DNA of 64,000 nucleotides. It comes from an uncultured Verrucomicrobiae bacterium (GTDB taxonomy: Bacteria > Verrucomicrobiota > Verrucomicrobiia > Chthoniobacterales > UBA10450). Position 1 is the stretch's first letter, and each line of letters begins with the position of its first letter. The position numbers were made by a program, and so were the translations under genes. Of this stretch, positions 55,987-64,000 are shown one piece after another. The DNA lies in contig CAVTUX010000005.1 in NCBI GenBank assembly GCA_963738045.1, positions 548,715 through 612,714 of the forward strand, given 5' to 3'. Below the pieces are notes generated by a model. That model had not been told where the DNA came from and ran no database searches. It saw only the letters and a program-made list of their open reading frames with translations.

Positions 55987-57288
55987 ATGCCTCAATCTCC
56001 TGCTCTTCCACCTGGCACCACGCAACGCACGCTCTCCATCATCATGGGCGGCGGCGCCGGCACGCGCTTGTTTCCCCTAACGAAGGATCGCTCAAAGCCG
56101 GCGGTGCCATTAGGCGGAAAATATCGCCTGGTCGACATCCCAATCAGCAACTGCCTCAACTCGGGTCTGCGCTCGATCTACGTGCTGACGCAGTTCAACA
56201 GCATGTCGCTCCATCGCCACATTCAGGCGAGCTACAAGTTTGACAATTTTTCGCGCAGCTTTGTCGATATTCTCGCCGCACAACAAACGCCCGAGGGCGC
56301 CGAGTGGTATCAGGGCACGGCCGACGCCGTCCGGCAAAACCTGCGCTACTTTCTCGAGCAGCCGTACGATTATTACCTCATCCTGAGCGGTGACCAACTC
56401 TACCGGATGGATTTCCGCACTCTCCTGCACGAACACATTCGCTCGGGGGCAGAGATCACCCTTGCCACCACCCCGGTGCAGCGCGCGGCGGCCGGCGATT
56501 TTGGAATCATGTTGAGCGGACCCGATCGGCGGATCACCCGTTTCGAGGAGAAGCCGAAAGACCCCAAGATGCTCAACGAACTCAAGCTTGGGCCTGAATT
56601 ACTGGAATCGATTGAAAGCGATCCCTCGGAAGAGCTTTTTCAGGCGTCGATGGGGATCTACGTTTTCAATCGGCAGGTTCTGGTCGATTGCCTCAACAGC
56701 AACCTGGATGATTTCGGAAAACATGTCATCCCGAAGGCGATCGGTGAACGGCATGTTCACGCCTACATTTTCAAGGGTTACTGGGAAGACATCGGCACCA
56801 TTCGCGCCTTTTACGAGGCGAATCTCGACCTGACCAATCTGGTGCCGAAATACAGTTTCTTCGATGCGACAGCGCCGATCTATACCCACCCGCGTTTCCT
56901 GCCCGGGAGCAAGATCAATGGCGCGACCCTGCGCCAGGCGATCATCTCCGACGGCTGCATCATCTCCGACGCCCACATCGAGCGCAGCGTGATCGGCGTC
57001 CGGAGCATCATCCGGAGTGGCGCAACGATTCGCAACAGCGTCATCATGGGCGGCGACCATTTCGAAGGGGCGGCGCCACCCAGCGCACCCGACGTGCCGC
57101 CGATCGGAATCGGGCGCAATTGCGTGATCGATCGCGCGATCATCGATAAAAACGCGCGCATCGGCGACGGCGTCGTGATTACTCCGGAGGGCAAGGAAAC
57201 GCACCTCGACGCGGCGAATTATTTTATCCGCGACGGGATCGTGGTGGTGCCGAAAGACGCGGTCATTCCCGCGGGCTTTTGGATCTAG
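55987..57288 (+). CDS. glgC: glucose-1-phosphate adenylyltransferase
   Basis: ORF 55951..57288, ATG 55987. GGGAGTRLFPLTKDRSKPAVPLGGKYRLVDIPISNC, with left-handed beta-helix repeats at the C-terminus. Confidence 0.92.
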   Translation: MPQSPALPPGTTQRTLSIIMGGGAGTRLFPLTKDRSKPAVPLGGKYRLVDIPISNCLNSGLRSIYVLTQFNSMSLHRHIQASYKFDNFSRSFVDILAAQQTPEGAEWYQGTADAVRQNLRYFLEQPYDYYLILSGDQLYRMDFRTLLHEHIRSGAEITLATTPVQRAAAGDFGIMLSGPDRRITRFEEKPKDPKMLNELKLGPELLESIESDPSEELFQASMGIYVFNRQVLVDCLNSNLDDFGKHVIPKAIGERHVHAYIFKGYWEDIGTIRAFYEANLDLTNLVPKYSFFDATAPIYTHPRFLPGSKINGATLRQAIISDGCIISDAHIERSVIGVRSIIRSGATIRNSVIMGGDHFEGAAPPSAPDVPPIGIGRNCVIDRAIIDKNARIGDGVVITPEGKETHLDAANYFIRDGIVVVPKDAVIPAGFWI

Positions 57289-57851
57289 ACAAGGCTCCGG
57301 GCACCTCCGCGTTCTGCCCTAACGAGCAAGGCGCCAGACCACCCCGAAACCCGAAAGCGGCGGGCCAATTTTGTCCAGTCAAGCGGTTTATCAAACCAGA
57401 GGTAGAATCCGGGATGTGGCCGGTCGCTCGCTGGTGGCGTCCCGGGCGGTCGAGAGTTTTCGAGACTCGTTGGCGCCTCTCCCGACGCTGCGACTGTGGT
57501 GTGAACGAACGTGTTCCAGCTCTCATCGTTAGGTCCGGCGCATTCCAACTGCAACTTGAAGCGCGAACGCGGTGGATTCGCCAGCTGGATCGCGAACCCA
57601 CTAGTCTCGGCGTGGCGAGCCTCGGGAAAAGCCGCGGCCACGTCCGGTCGCGGAATTGGAAAGATTGCGAGCCGGGTCTGTTCGGGCGTGATGACTCGGA
57701 CGCGCTCGAGCGGTTGTCCGGATTCCGCAAACACCCAGCCCTCGATCCGGAGGACCTCACCGGTGGCGGTCTCGACGCGCTCAACGTGAACCCAGGATCG
57801 ATTCTCCACTTCGCTCAAGCTTGCCAACGGTGGCGATTTGTCCAACTGCAA
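57285..57851 (-). CDS. hypothetical protein sharing a module with the C-terminus of the 58850-60607 membrane protein; possibly a truncated relic
   Basis: 188 aa (TTG start uncertain). GEVLRIEGW...RPDVAAAF...SGFAIQL parallels GLLHLKGW...RPDLSDP...SGFARAV. The 3' end overlaps the glgC stop. Confidence 0.45.
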   Translation of the reverse strand: MQLDKSPPLASLSEVENRSWVHVERVETATGEVLRIEGWVFAESGQPLERVRVITPEQTRLAIFPIPRPDVAAAFPEARHAETSGFAIQLANPPRSRFKLQLECAGPNDESWNTFVHTTVAASGEAPTSLENSRPPGTPPASDRPHPGFYLWFDKPLDWTKLARRFRVSGWSGALLVRAERGGARSLV

Positions 57852-57855
57852 GCGG
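57815..57855. repeat. 41-bp direct repeat, copy A
   Basis: TCAAGCTTGCCAACGGTGGCGATTTGTCCAACTGCAAGCGG. 33/41 identical to copy B at 58787-58827. Confidence 0.8.
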
Positions 57856-57899
57856 GGCGCGACAAAGTGCTTTTGAAAGATGCTCGACGCCTAACGAAT

Positions 57900-58712
57900 C
57901 TACGCTCGCTTGCGCGCGAGGAGCTCGAAGCCGGCAGCCAGGCGCTTTTGCAGGTCCTGCGGCAGCACGAGGAGCGCCCCGAACCCGGGCGGGGTCTCCG
58001 TCTTTCGTCGCCAAAATTCCGCCCATTGCCCAAGTCGGGTGTCAGCGATCTGCGCCTGCCCGGCCGCTGGCAGGCCGCTTTCTTGGAGCGCGTCGAGCAG
58101 ACTGGCGCTGAGAAATCCGAGCATGAAGCCGGGCGAAAAATTGCCGCTCACCTCGCACTTCTCGATCTCGAAATCGCGGAACCATTCGCGGACTCCATAT
58201 TCGGTCGCGTTGAAATAATGGTGCGGCGCTTCGTGCAGCGGCTGGAGAAAGGCGGTGTGCAGTACGAGCGAGCCGCCGGGTTTAAGGACACGGTGGATTT
58301 CACGCGCCGCGAGCGAGGGCTGACGCAGATGTTCGAAGACATTGAAGGCAAAGACGCGATCGAAAACGTTGTCGCGAAAGGGCAGAGCGTGTGCGTCGCC
58401 GACCACGTCGGTATGACGAAAAATCTTGTGCTCGAACTCGACGCAGTTCGGGTGACGGCGCGCGGTCGCGCCAGCCCCGAGGTGAAGCGTCAAGCTCTGC
58501 CCGCGTTTCAGGACCTCTTCGAACTGCGGCCCAAGCGCGTTGCTCTCGTGCTCGACCGGAACAACTTCAACTGGTTCGCCGAGAAACACCGGAATCCCGT
58601 TCACGATACGAAAGTCCTCACCGCAACTTCCGCAGCGAAGGATCTGATCCTTTTCGATCACCTCTTTGCGACACGCTGGGCAAACAAGGATGGCAAGCAG
58701 TTCCCGATTCAT
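57900..58712 (-). CDS. class I SAM-dependent methyltransferase with N-terminal Trm112-like zinc ribbon
   Basis: 270 aa. LVCPACRKEV...LRCGSCGEDFRIVNGIPVF, then a Methyltransf_11-like core (LHLGAGA, DRVFAFNVFEHL, LKPGGSLVL). Confidence 0.8.
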   Translation of the reverse strand: MNRELLAILVCPACRKEVIEKDQILRCGSCGEDFRIVNGIPVFLGEPVEVVPVEHESNALGPQFEEVLKRGQSLTLHLGAGATARRHPNCVEFEHKIFRHTDVVGDAHALPFRDNVFDRVFAFNVFEHLRQPSLAAREIHRVLKPGGSLVLHTAFLQPLHEAPHHYFNATEYGVREWFRDFEIEKCEVSGNFSPGFMLGFLSASLLDALQESGLPAAGQAQIADTRLGQWAEFWRRKTETPPGFGALLVLPQDLQKRLAAGFELLARKRA

Positions 58713-58786
58713 TTCACGCCTCGGGCAGCGAGGCGCGGCCCGGCATTGAGGACGACGAAGTTCTCGTTAAGTGCGTGCCGCATCGT

Positions 58787-58827
58787 TCAAGCTTGCCAAG
58801 TGTAGCAATTTGTCCAACCTCAACCGC
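58787..58827. repeat. 41-bp direct repeat, copy B
   Basis: TCAAGCTTGCCAAGTGTAGCAATTTGTCCAACCTCAACCGC, in the divergent region between the methyltransferase and the membrane-protein gene. It is in frame with the latter. Confidence 0.8.
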
Positions 58828-58849
58828 GCCAGTGCCAATTCCCAGGGAA

Positions 58850-60607
58850 GTGAAACACAGAAGAATTCGGCCGCGCGATTTCGTGCTCGTAGCGTTGGCT
58901 ATCCTGGCGATCCTGCCCGCGCTGCAGATGTGGCACTGGGTTTCCACCAGCTGGGTTCCACTACCTTATTTGGACGAATGGCATACTCCCGGGAGCCAAT
59001 TTGAGTCATTGCAGCGTGGGACCCTCACCATGGCAGAGATGTTCTCGCAGCATAACGAGAGCAGGAAGTTCTTCCCGCGCCTTCTCTACTTCACGCTCGC
59101 TGCGTTCGGCGGCTGGGATGTGCGCAAGGAGATGCGGGTCGTGTTCATCGGCATTTGCGCGGTCTGCCTTTTGCTCCTGCATCTCCTGCGACGGACGCCC
59201 GGCGCGACGCCCCTTTCATCAATGGTCGCTTGGGCGCCGATGATGTTTCTTTGCTTTGCGCCGGGACAGGTGGAGAATTTTTTGTACGGCATCCAACTGG
59301 AGACTTTTTTTCCAGGCTTCGCCGTGCTCGCGGCCGCGGCGGTGAATCTTTCCCGACTCTCCTTCCGCTCGAAAACGGTGGTTAATCTCGCGCTCGCCTT
59401 CGTTGCGACCTACACTTTTGCCAATGGCATGCTCCTCTGGGCGTTGGCCTGGCCGCTTCCCTCGCCCAACGAATCTTCGCCGCTCCGACACCGGATACTC
59501 TGGTCGACAATTTACCTGATCGCTGGCGTGATCTCGGTGGGCTGCTATTTCATCGGCTACCGCCGGCCGTCTCATCATCCGGAGTTCGCATCGATTAGCG
59601 CCAGAGGTGTGGATCTGGCCCATTACCTCATCCTCTGGGTGGGAAGTTATTTCGCGTCCGACGGTGCGGGCCCATTTGTCGTTGGGTTCGTGGCGTTGAT
59701 TTTGTTCACGGGTGGGGGCGCCTTTGCGCTTGAGGCGATCAGACGCCGCGGTGACTGGCGGACATTTTATCCATGGCTGCTCATCGGTGCCTACGCAGGC
59801 GCGACGGGGATGATCACGGCCGTAGGACGGCTTGGCTTCGGCCTGCAACAGGCTCTCGACGAGCGCTACAGGACGTTCAGCCTTTTTTTTTACCTCGCGC
59901 TCGTCGGCCTCTACTTTGCGATCTATTGCTCCCGCGTTTGCTCCGCTAGGTTGGCGACCCGCGTGATCTTCCTAACGAGTGTGTGTGGCGTTGGCTCGCT
60001 GATGGCGATGTGCTGGGGAGCATCGCTCGAAAAAAACCTGGCGGTGCCGGCCTCTTATCACGAATCCCGGACTAATCTGCTACGCTCGCTCGAATGGATG
60101 GAGTCGATCCCCGACAATCCCGACTTTGCTCTGATTCTTCCTCAGGTGGATGTACTGAAAGAGCGTGCGCTTTTCCTAGAAGAGCATCGAATCTTGCGGC
60201 TGCCCTTCGTTCACGATCCGCTAAGTTCGACAGTCCGGCAGGTACCTTCGGCCGCCGGTGATTCTCATGGGAGGATTGAAGTCAGCTGCTTGGATTCGAG
60301 TGGCCTCCTCCATCTCAAAGGCTGGGGTTGGTTGCCCGAAAAAAATCGGCGCGCCGACTGCGTTGTCGTTGGGTGCGAAGACCGCAACCGCGTTTTTAAG
60401 CCGTTCGCCGTTCTTGGGACTGGCGGCGCCCGTCCGGATCTGTCCGATCCGCGTCACAACCCGAATCTGTACCACTCCGGCTTCGCGCGCGCCGTCGATG
60501 CAGCCAATCTTCTCCCCGGCGAGGTCAGCATCAAAGGGTGGGCGATCGATCTTCATGCGCACAAAGCCTGGCCGCTGGCTTCGACCTGCCGTCTCCCGGC
60601 GAGATGA
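58850..60607 (+). CDS. polytopic membrane protein with C-terminal soluble module (possible glycan/envelope biosynthesis role)
   Basis: Distal part of ORF 58391..60607; the first ~320 nt of that ORF are antisense to the methyltransferase. Candidate starts are TTG 58793, GTG 58832 and GTG 58850 (VKHRRIRPRDFVLVALAILAIL). About 11 TM helices. Confidence 0.7.
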   Translation: MKHRRIRPRDFVLVALAILAILPALQMWHWVSTSWVPLPYLDEWHTPGSQFESLQRGTLTMAEMFSQHNESRKFFPRLLYFTLAAFGGWDVRKEMRVVFIGICAVCLLLLHLLRRTPGATPLSSMVAWAPMMFLCFAPGQVENFLYGIQLETFFPGFAVLAAAAVNLSRLSFRSKTVVNLALAFVATYTFANGMLLWALAWPLPSPNESSPLRHRILWSTIYLIAGVISVGCYFIGYRRPSHHPEFASISARGVDLAHYLILWVGSYFASDGAGPFVVGFVALILFTGGGAFALEAIRRRGDWRTFYPWLLIGAYAGATGMITAVGRLGFGLQQALDERYRTFSLFFYLALVGLYFAIYCSRVCSARLATRVIFLTSVCGVGSLMAMCWGASLEKNLAVPASYHESRTNLLRSLEWMESIPDNPDFALILPQVDVLKERALFLEEHRILRLPFVHDPLSSTVRQVPSAAGDSHGRIEVSCLDSSGLLHLKGWGWLPEKNRRADCVVVGCEDRNRVFKPFAVLGTGGARPDLSDPRHNPNLYHSGFARAVDAANLLPGEVSIKGWAIDLHAHKAWPLASTCRLPAR

Positions 60608-60615
60608 TCTGTTCG

Positions 60616-62028
60616 TTAGACGCGCAACCCAACCTCGCGCAGCTGCACGCAGTCGACCAGCCCACCGCCCGCCCGCACATCGCTCAGGACGACCAGATTG
60701 TCGTTAGGCGCGATCAGCTTCTGCGCATGCAGGTGTTTCTCGGCCGCCTCGATGGTTGCATTTGGATCGACGGTAAAATCGAGCTGCACAGAGAACGTGC
60801 CCCAGCAGACGGCGAGCTGGCGACAGACCTCATCACTGGGTGTGAAAGCGAAGATCGGCGCATGGTGTGGCCGGAGGTTCGAGACATAGCGCGCCATCGT
60901 GCCGTGGCGGGTGAAGACGACGATTTTGGCGCGGGGAAGCGAGTTGGCGAGGGACACGGCGGCTGCGACTGTTTTCTGGCGTGAATCTTCGAGGAGCGCG
61001 TCCTTGCCGTAACCGGCACCGCCGCTGCGCTCGATTCGCAGCGCGACCCGGTCGAGTACCTTCACGCATTCGACTGGGTAACGGCCGCTCGTGGTTTCGC
61101 CGGTGAGCATGATGGCGTCGGCTTGTTCGAAGACCGCGTTCGCGACGTCGGTCACTTCCGCGCGCGTGGGCACGGGATTGTGAATCATCGATTCCAGCAT
61201 CTGGGTCGCGACGATCACCGGTTTGCCGATTCGCAAGCAGCGTTTCACGATCCGGCGCTGAATGATCGGCAGCTCTTCCATCGGGCACTCGATCCCGAGA
61301 TCGCCGCGGGCGATCATGAGGATGTCGGTTGCCCAGATCATGTCATCGATCGAGTCGACTGCGCTCTGACTTTCGATCTTGGCCACCACCGCCGCCATGC
61401 TTCTGCCTTTTTGCAAGACCTTGCGCAACTGGTCGAGGTCCTCCTTCTTTCGGGCGAAACTGAGCGCGACAAAATCAACTCGCAGCTCGATCCCGAGCGC
61501 CACGTCGGTCAGATCCTTCTCGGTCAACGCCGGCAGATTTATATCGACGCCCGGCAAGTTGATGTGCCGCCGCGAACCGAGCGTGCCGGCGGTGAGCACA
61601 ACGGTGCGGATGCGGTTGTCCTCCTTCGCGAGGACGCGCACGTGCATGAGGCCGTTGTCGAGCAGGACAACGTTCCCGACAGAAACGTCGTCGATCAGGT
61701 CGTCGTAGTTCACCGTGATTGAGTTCGGCTGGGTGCTCCGCGCGCCACGGACGGTGATTTCCAAAACGTCGCCGATCGCCAGGTCCAGATCGCGCTCGAG
61801 CGGGCCCGTGCGGATGGCTGGTCCTTGCGTGTCGAGCAAAAGTCCGACCTTCCGGTCGAGTTCGCGCGCGATGGCTCGCACCCGCGGCACGATATCGCGC
61901 ACCCAGTCGTGCTTTGCGTGGCTCATGTTGAGCCGGAAGGCGTCCGTGCCAGCCAGGATCATTTTTTCAATGATCTCGGAGGTCTCCGAGGCCGGCCCGA
62001 GCGTGCAGATAATCTTGGTCTTGCGCAT
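60616..62028 (-). CDS. pyk: pyruvate kinase
   Basis: 470 aa. MRKTKIICTLGPAS, MIARGDLGIE and MLTGETTSGRYP. Confidence 0.95.
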   Translation of the reverse strand: MRKTKIICTLGPASETSEIIEKMILAGTDAFRLNMSHAKHDWVRDIVPRVRAIARELDRKVGLLLDTQGPAIRTGPLERDLDLAIGDVLEITVRGARSTQPNSITVNYDDLIDDVSVGNVVLLDNGLMHVRVLAKEDNRIRTVVLTAGTLGSRRHINLPGVDINLPALTEKDLTDVALGIELRVDFVALSFARKKEDLDQLRKVLQKGRSMAAVVAKIESQSAVDSIDDMIWATDILMIARGDLGIECPMEELPIIQRRIVKRCLRIGKPVIVATQMLESMIHNPVPTRAEVTDVANAVFEQADAIMLTGETTSGRYPVECVKVLDRVALRIERSGGAGYGKDALLEDSRQKTVAAAVSLANSLPRAKIVVFTRHGTMARYVSNLRPHHAPIFAFTPSDEVCRQLAVCWGTFSVQLDFTVDPNATIEAAEKHLHAQKLIAPNDNLVVLSDVRAGGGLVDCVQLREVGLRV

Positions 62029-62599
62029 CGGACCTCAGAGTTCAGAGCGCCAAAGCCCAATTGCAAGGGACATTTGCCGGGCGCAGCGAGCCGATTGAAG
62101 CGCGAAAGCCCCGTGGTGCATTCACTAGGCCGGTGCCATTCCGTCAATGGGAGGGCCCGTGTCTCTGGCGGCATCGCGCGACGAAACTCGAAAACCTTCC
62201 AGCTGTCAGAACAAGGATTTGCATTATCGACCTCAATCCGGCTGCAAGGACGCAACACACGAAACGCCTCAAGGATATGATTGTACCGGTCTCAACATCT
62301 CCGGGCGCTTCTGCACGCCCAGCTCGAAACCGGCCGTCACCCGTTTCCGATCGCCTCAGTGCTATCGTGCAGATCTAAGATCGGATCAGCCAAAGGTTCG
62401 GAGAGATCCGATATTTATTGAGCGCATGCCGCCGCCTCCTGCGCCTCGTTGGGGGCAGATGTAGAAAATCGCCGAACCGGAAAAACAGCAGAGTGTCCGA
62501 GGGCACGCTTGGCGTACAGCAACTGGTATTGCTGCATCATCGGCGTGAGACCGTCCGGCGTGGCGGAACAGCGAAATGCCCGCACGCCTTTGTGACTTT

Positions 62600-64000
62600 C
62601 TATTTGGCGCCGACGCGCGCGAGAATGCGAGAGCCGGACCCCTTGTGAACCATCCTGAATCCAGCGATGCGCCCTTCGGTCTCCGGCAGATCGACTTCAA
62701 CAATGTAGCCGACGTTCAACCGGTCGAAGAGTTCAGGGTTGAGCGGGAGGTAGACATTATAAGAGTTGATGAAACTGAGTTCGAATCGCGGGCTGTATTC
62801 AGCGGTGGGGACGAACGAGACGATTGCGCTCCGATTCGTGATGGCTTTCGATGCCCCGTCTGGATCGAGCACACGGAGCATCTCCTCATCCGGTGTGATG
62901 CGCGAACCGCCGAGCGTTTCCGCGCCTGCGCTCTTGCTGAATTGCGCGATAATCGGCCCGCGACTAGAGCGGCTGAGGACGAGCCATTTCGCAGCTGGAT
63001 TTGAGCGATGGATCTTTACAATTTGTGCGCGCAATGTGCTACGAGTCAGGCCGGGTAGCCCTTTGCTGATTGGATTTGTTAGGCAGTTCGTCCAGAGGAG
63101 CGGAATAACGAGCAGCGCGCAACTTGCGGTCACTCGGCGGGACCAGACGCAAACCGTGACGAGCGCGAAGAAAACGGCGGCTGCGACGACTGTGCTCAGA
63201 TCCACGAAATCTTTCAGTTCTATATTCGCACGTTGAAATACGATCGCGAGGACGAGCGCGATCCCTGTAAACGCGGCGATTTCTTGCCGCCAATGCTCGC
63301 TTCGAACCGTCTCGCGCGAAAAGTAGCGGAACAAACCGACCGTCGAAAGCACCCCGAGCGGCAGGAGCGCACGCGCACCGTAGACCTGTGACCATCCGCT
63401 CGCTTGCGCCAGCCAGAGCGGAATTCCGCCGAGCATGAAGATGAGCAGAAACGTTGAACCGATCACGCAGCCGACAAGGAGCCAATCGACGCGATGGCGA
63501 AAGGCATCACGTAGGGCAACCGCGGCGAGCAGCGGGGCGAGAAAGAGAAAGCCCGCCGCTTCGCAAACATTCATCGCGACTGCGGGATAGTTTTCCTGGG
63601 TCATCGACAATTCGAGGAACGGCGCCAAGAGATGGAACCACGGATAGTCGCCGCCGGTGGAGACGATTTGGCCGGGATATGTGAGCCGCGAAATCACGAG
63701 GATCAAACTCGCGACGTCCGCGTACCAGCTCGCGAGGAGTAGGCCTGCAACGACCAGTGTTGCAGCAAGCAAAGCAAATTTCAACGCACGCAAATCAGCT
63801 ACCGGCGTCCCCGCGCACCCAAACACAAGCAGCAAGATCCCAATGTAAACCAGCGGAATTTGAAACCGTGGATAGCAACAGAAGACGAACTGCAACATCG
63901 CAACGAGAAGCAGGATTGACGCTGCCAGGACGACTCGTTTCGATCGCGTGTGGAAGATCAGCGCAACGCCCCAAAGCGTGAAGAAGAGCATCGCGAGCAT
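62600..64000 (-). CDS. polytopic membrane protein with C-terminal extracytoplasmic domain, 5' end beyond the window
   Basis: 466-aa open frame reaching the window edge. Many TM helices followed by a soluble tail of about 170 aa. No domain recognised. Confidence 0.65.
   Translation of the reverse strand: MLAMLFFTLWGVALIFHTRSKRVVLAASILLLVAMLQFVFCCYPRFQIPLVYIGILLLVFGCAGTPVADLRALKFALLAATLVVAGLLLASWYADVASLILVISRLTYPGQIVSTGGDYPWFHLLAPFLELSMTQENYPAVAMNVCEAAGFLFLAPLLAAVALRDAFRHRVDWLLVGCVIGSTFLLIFMLGGIPLWLAQASGWSQVYGARALLPLGVLSTVGLFRYFSRETVRSEHWRQEIAAFTGIALVLAIVFQRANIELKDFVDLSTVVAAAVFFALVTVCVWSRRVTASCALLVIPLLWTNCLTNPISKGLPGLTRSTLRAQIVKIHRSNPAAKWLVLSRSSRGPIIAQFSKSAGAETLGGSRITPDEEMLRVLDPDGASKAITNRSAIVSFVPTAEYSPRFELSFINSYNVYLPLNPELFDRLNVGYIVEVDLPETEGRIAGFRMVHKGSGSRILARVGAK

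Noticed and set aside
57815-57855. Sigma-54 or -35/-10 promoter reading of the 41-bp repeat (TTGGCAAGCTTGA, TTGCCA...TAGCAAT)
   Set aside because: The GG-N10-GC spacing is not satisfied, and the -35/-10 spacing would be only about 4 nt. I cannot support a specific promoter class from sequence alone.
1-64000. CRISPR arrays, transposases, integrases, phage genes, defence systems
   Set aside because: I found no regularly spaced repeats, no DDE/tyrosine/serine recombinase motifs and no recognisable defence-gene domains. The disrupted genes show point lesions, not IS insertions.
1-64000. Apparent abundance of CGATCG / GCGATCGC (HIP1-like palindrome)
   Set aside because: It is seen many times by eye. 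But it is a GC-rich palindrome overlapping common codon pairs (GCG-ATC-GCx), and I could not make a reliable count or expectation by hand. It is mentioned only as context for the frameshift sites.

Overview
GC-rich (about 60% by eye) bacterial chromosomal window. Gene content and protein style suggest a Verrucomicrobiota/PVC-like soil bacterium, but that is inference only. Most of it is housekeeping: an HprK-HPr-EI regulatory PTS trio, speA, rpsA, rpsB-tsf, ribE, aroD, a dGTPase, pdhABC, rpsT, fahA, kdpABC-kdpDE, serA, ferritin, glmS, glgC and pyk. Envelope and accessory genes are interleaved: two TonB-dependent receptors, two sulfotransferases, SAM methyltransferases, polytopic membrane proteins and two KimA-like permeases. 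I recognised no rRNA, tRNA, CRISPR array, transposase or integrase. Five things stand out. (1) The 9-mer GCCTAACGA/TCGTTAGGC occurs at least 26 times exactly (about 0.5 expected). It lies inside unrelated genes in all frames and both orientations, using rare codons or stop codons, which resembles a DNA-uptake-sequence-like genomic word. Several-kb deserts of the word coincide with accessory, pseudogene-rich segments. (2) A ydaO/kimA-type c-di-AMP riboswitch candidate sits between kdpE and a KimA-like permease. (3) Eight frameshifts interrupt otherwise long conserved genes (speA, one TonB receptor, kdpD x3, KimA-like paralog x3). All are +1 and all are explainable as one extra G in a GG/GGG run. 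Two of them sit in an identical 12-mer, GAGTACCGATCG. (4) One TonB receptor carries an in-frame TAG, and there are several older gene remnants. (5) A 41-bp direct repeat flanks a methyltransferase gene. All counts and coordinates were made by hand from the sequence and the ORF track. No searches were run.
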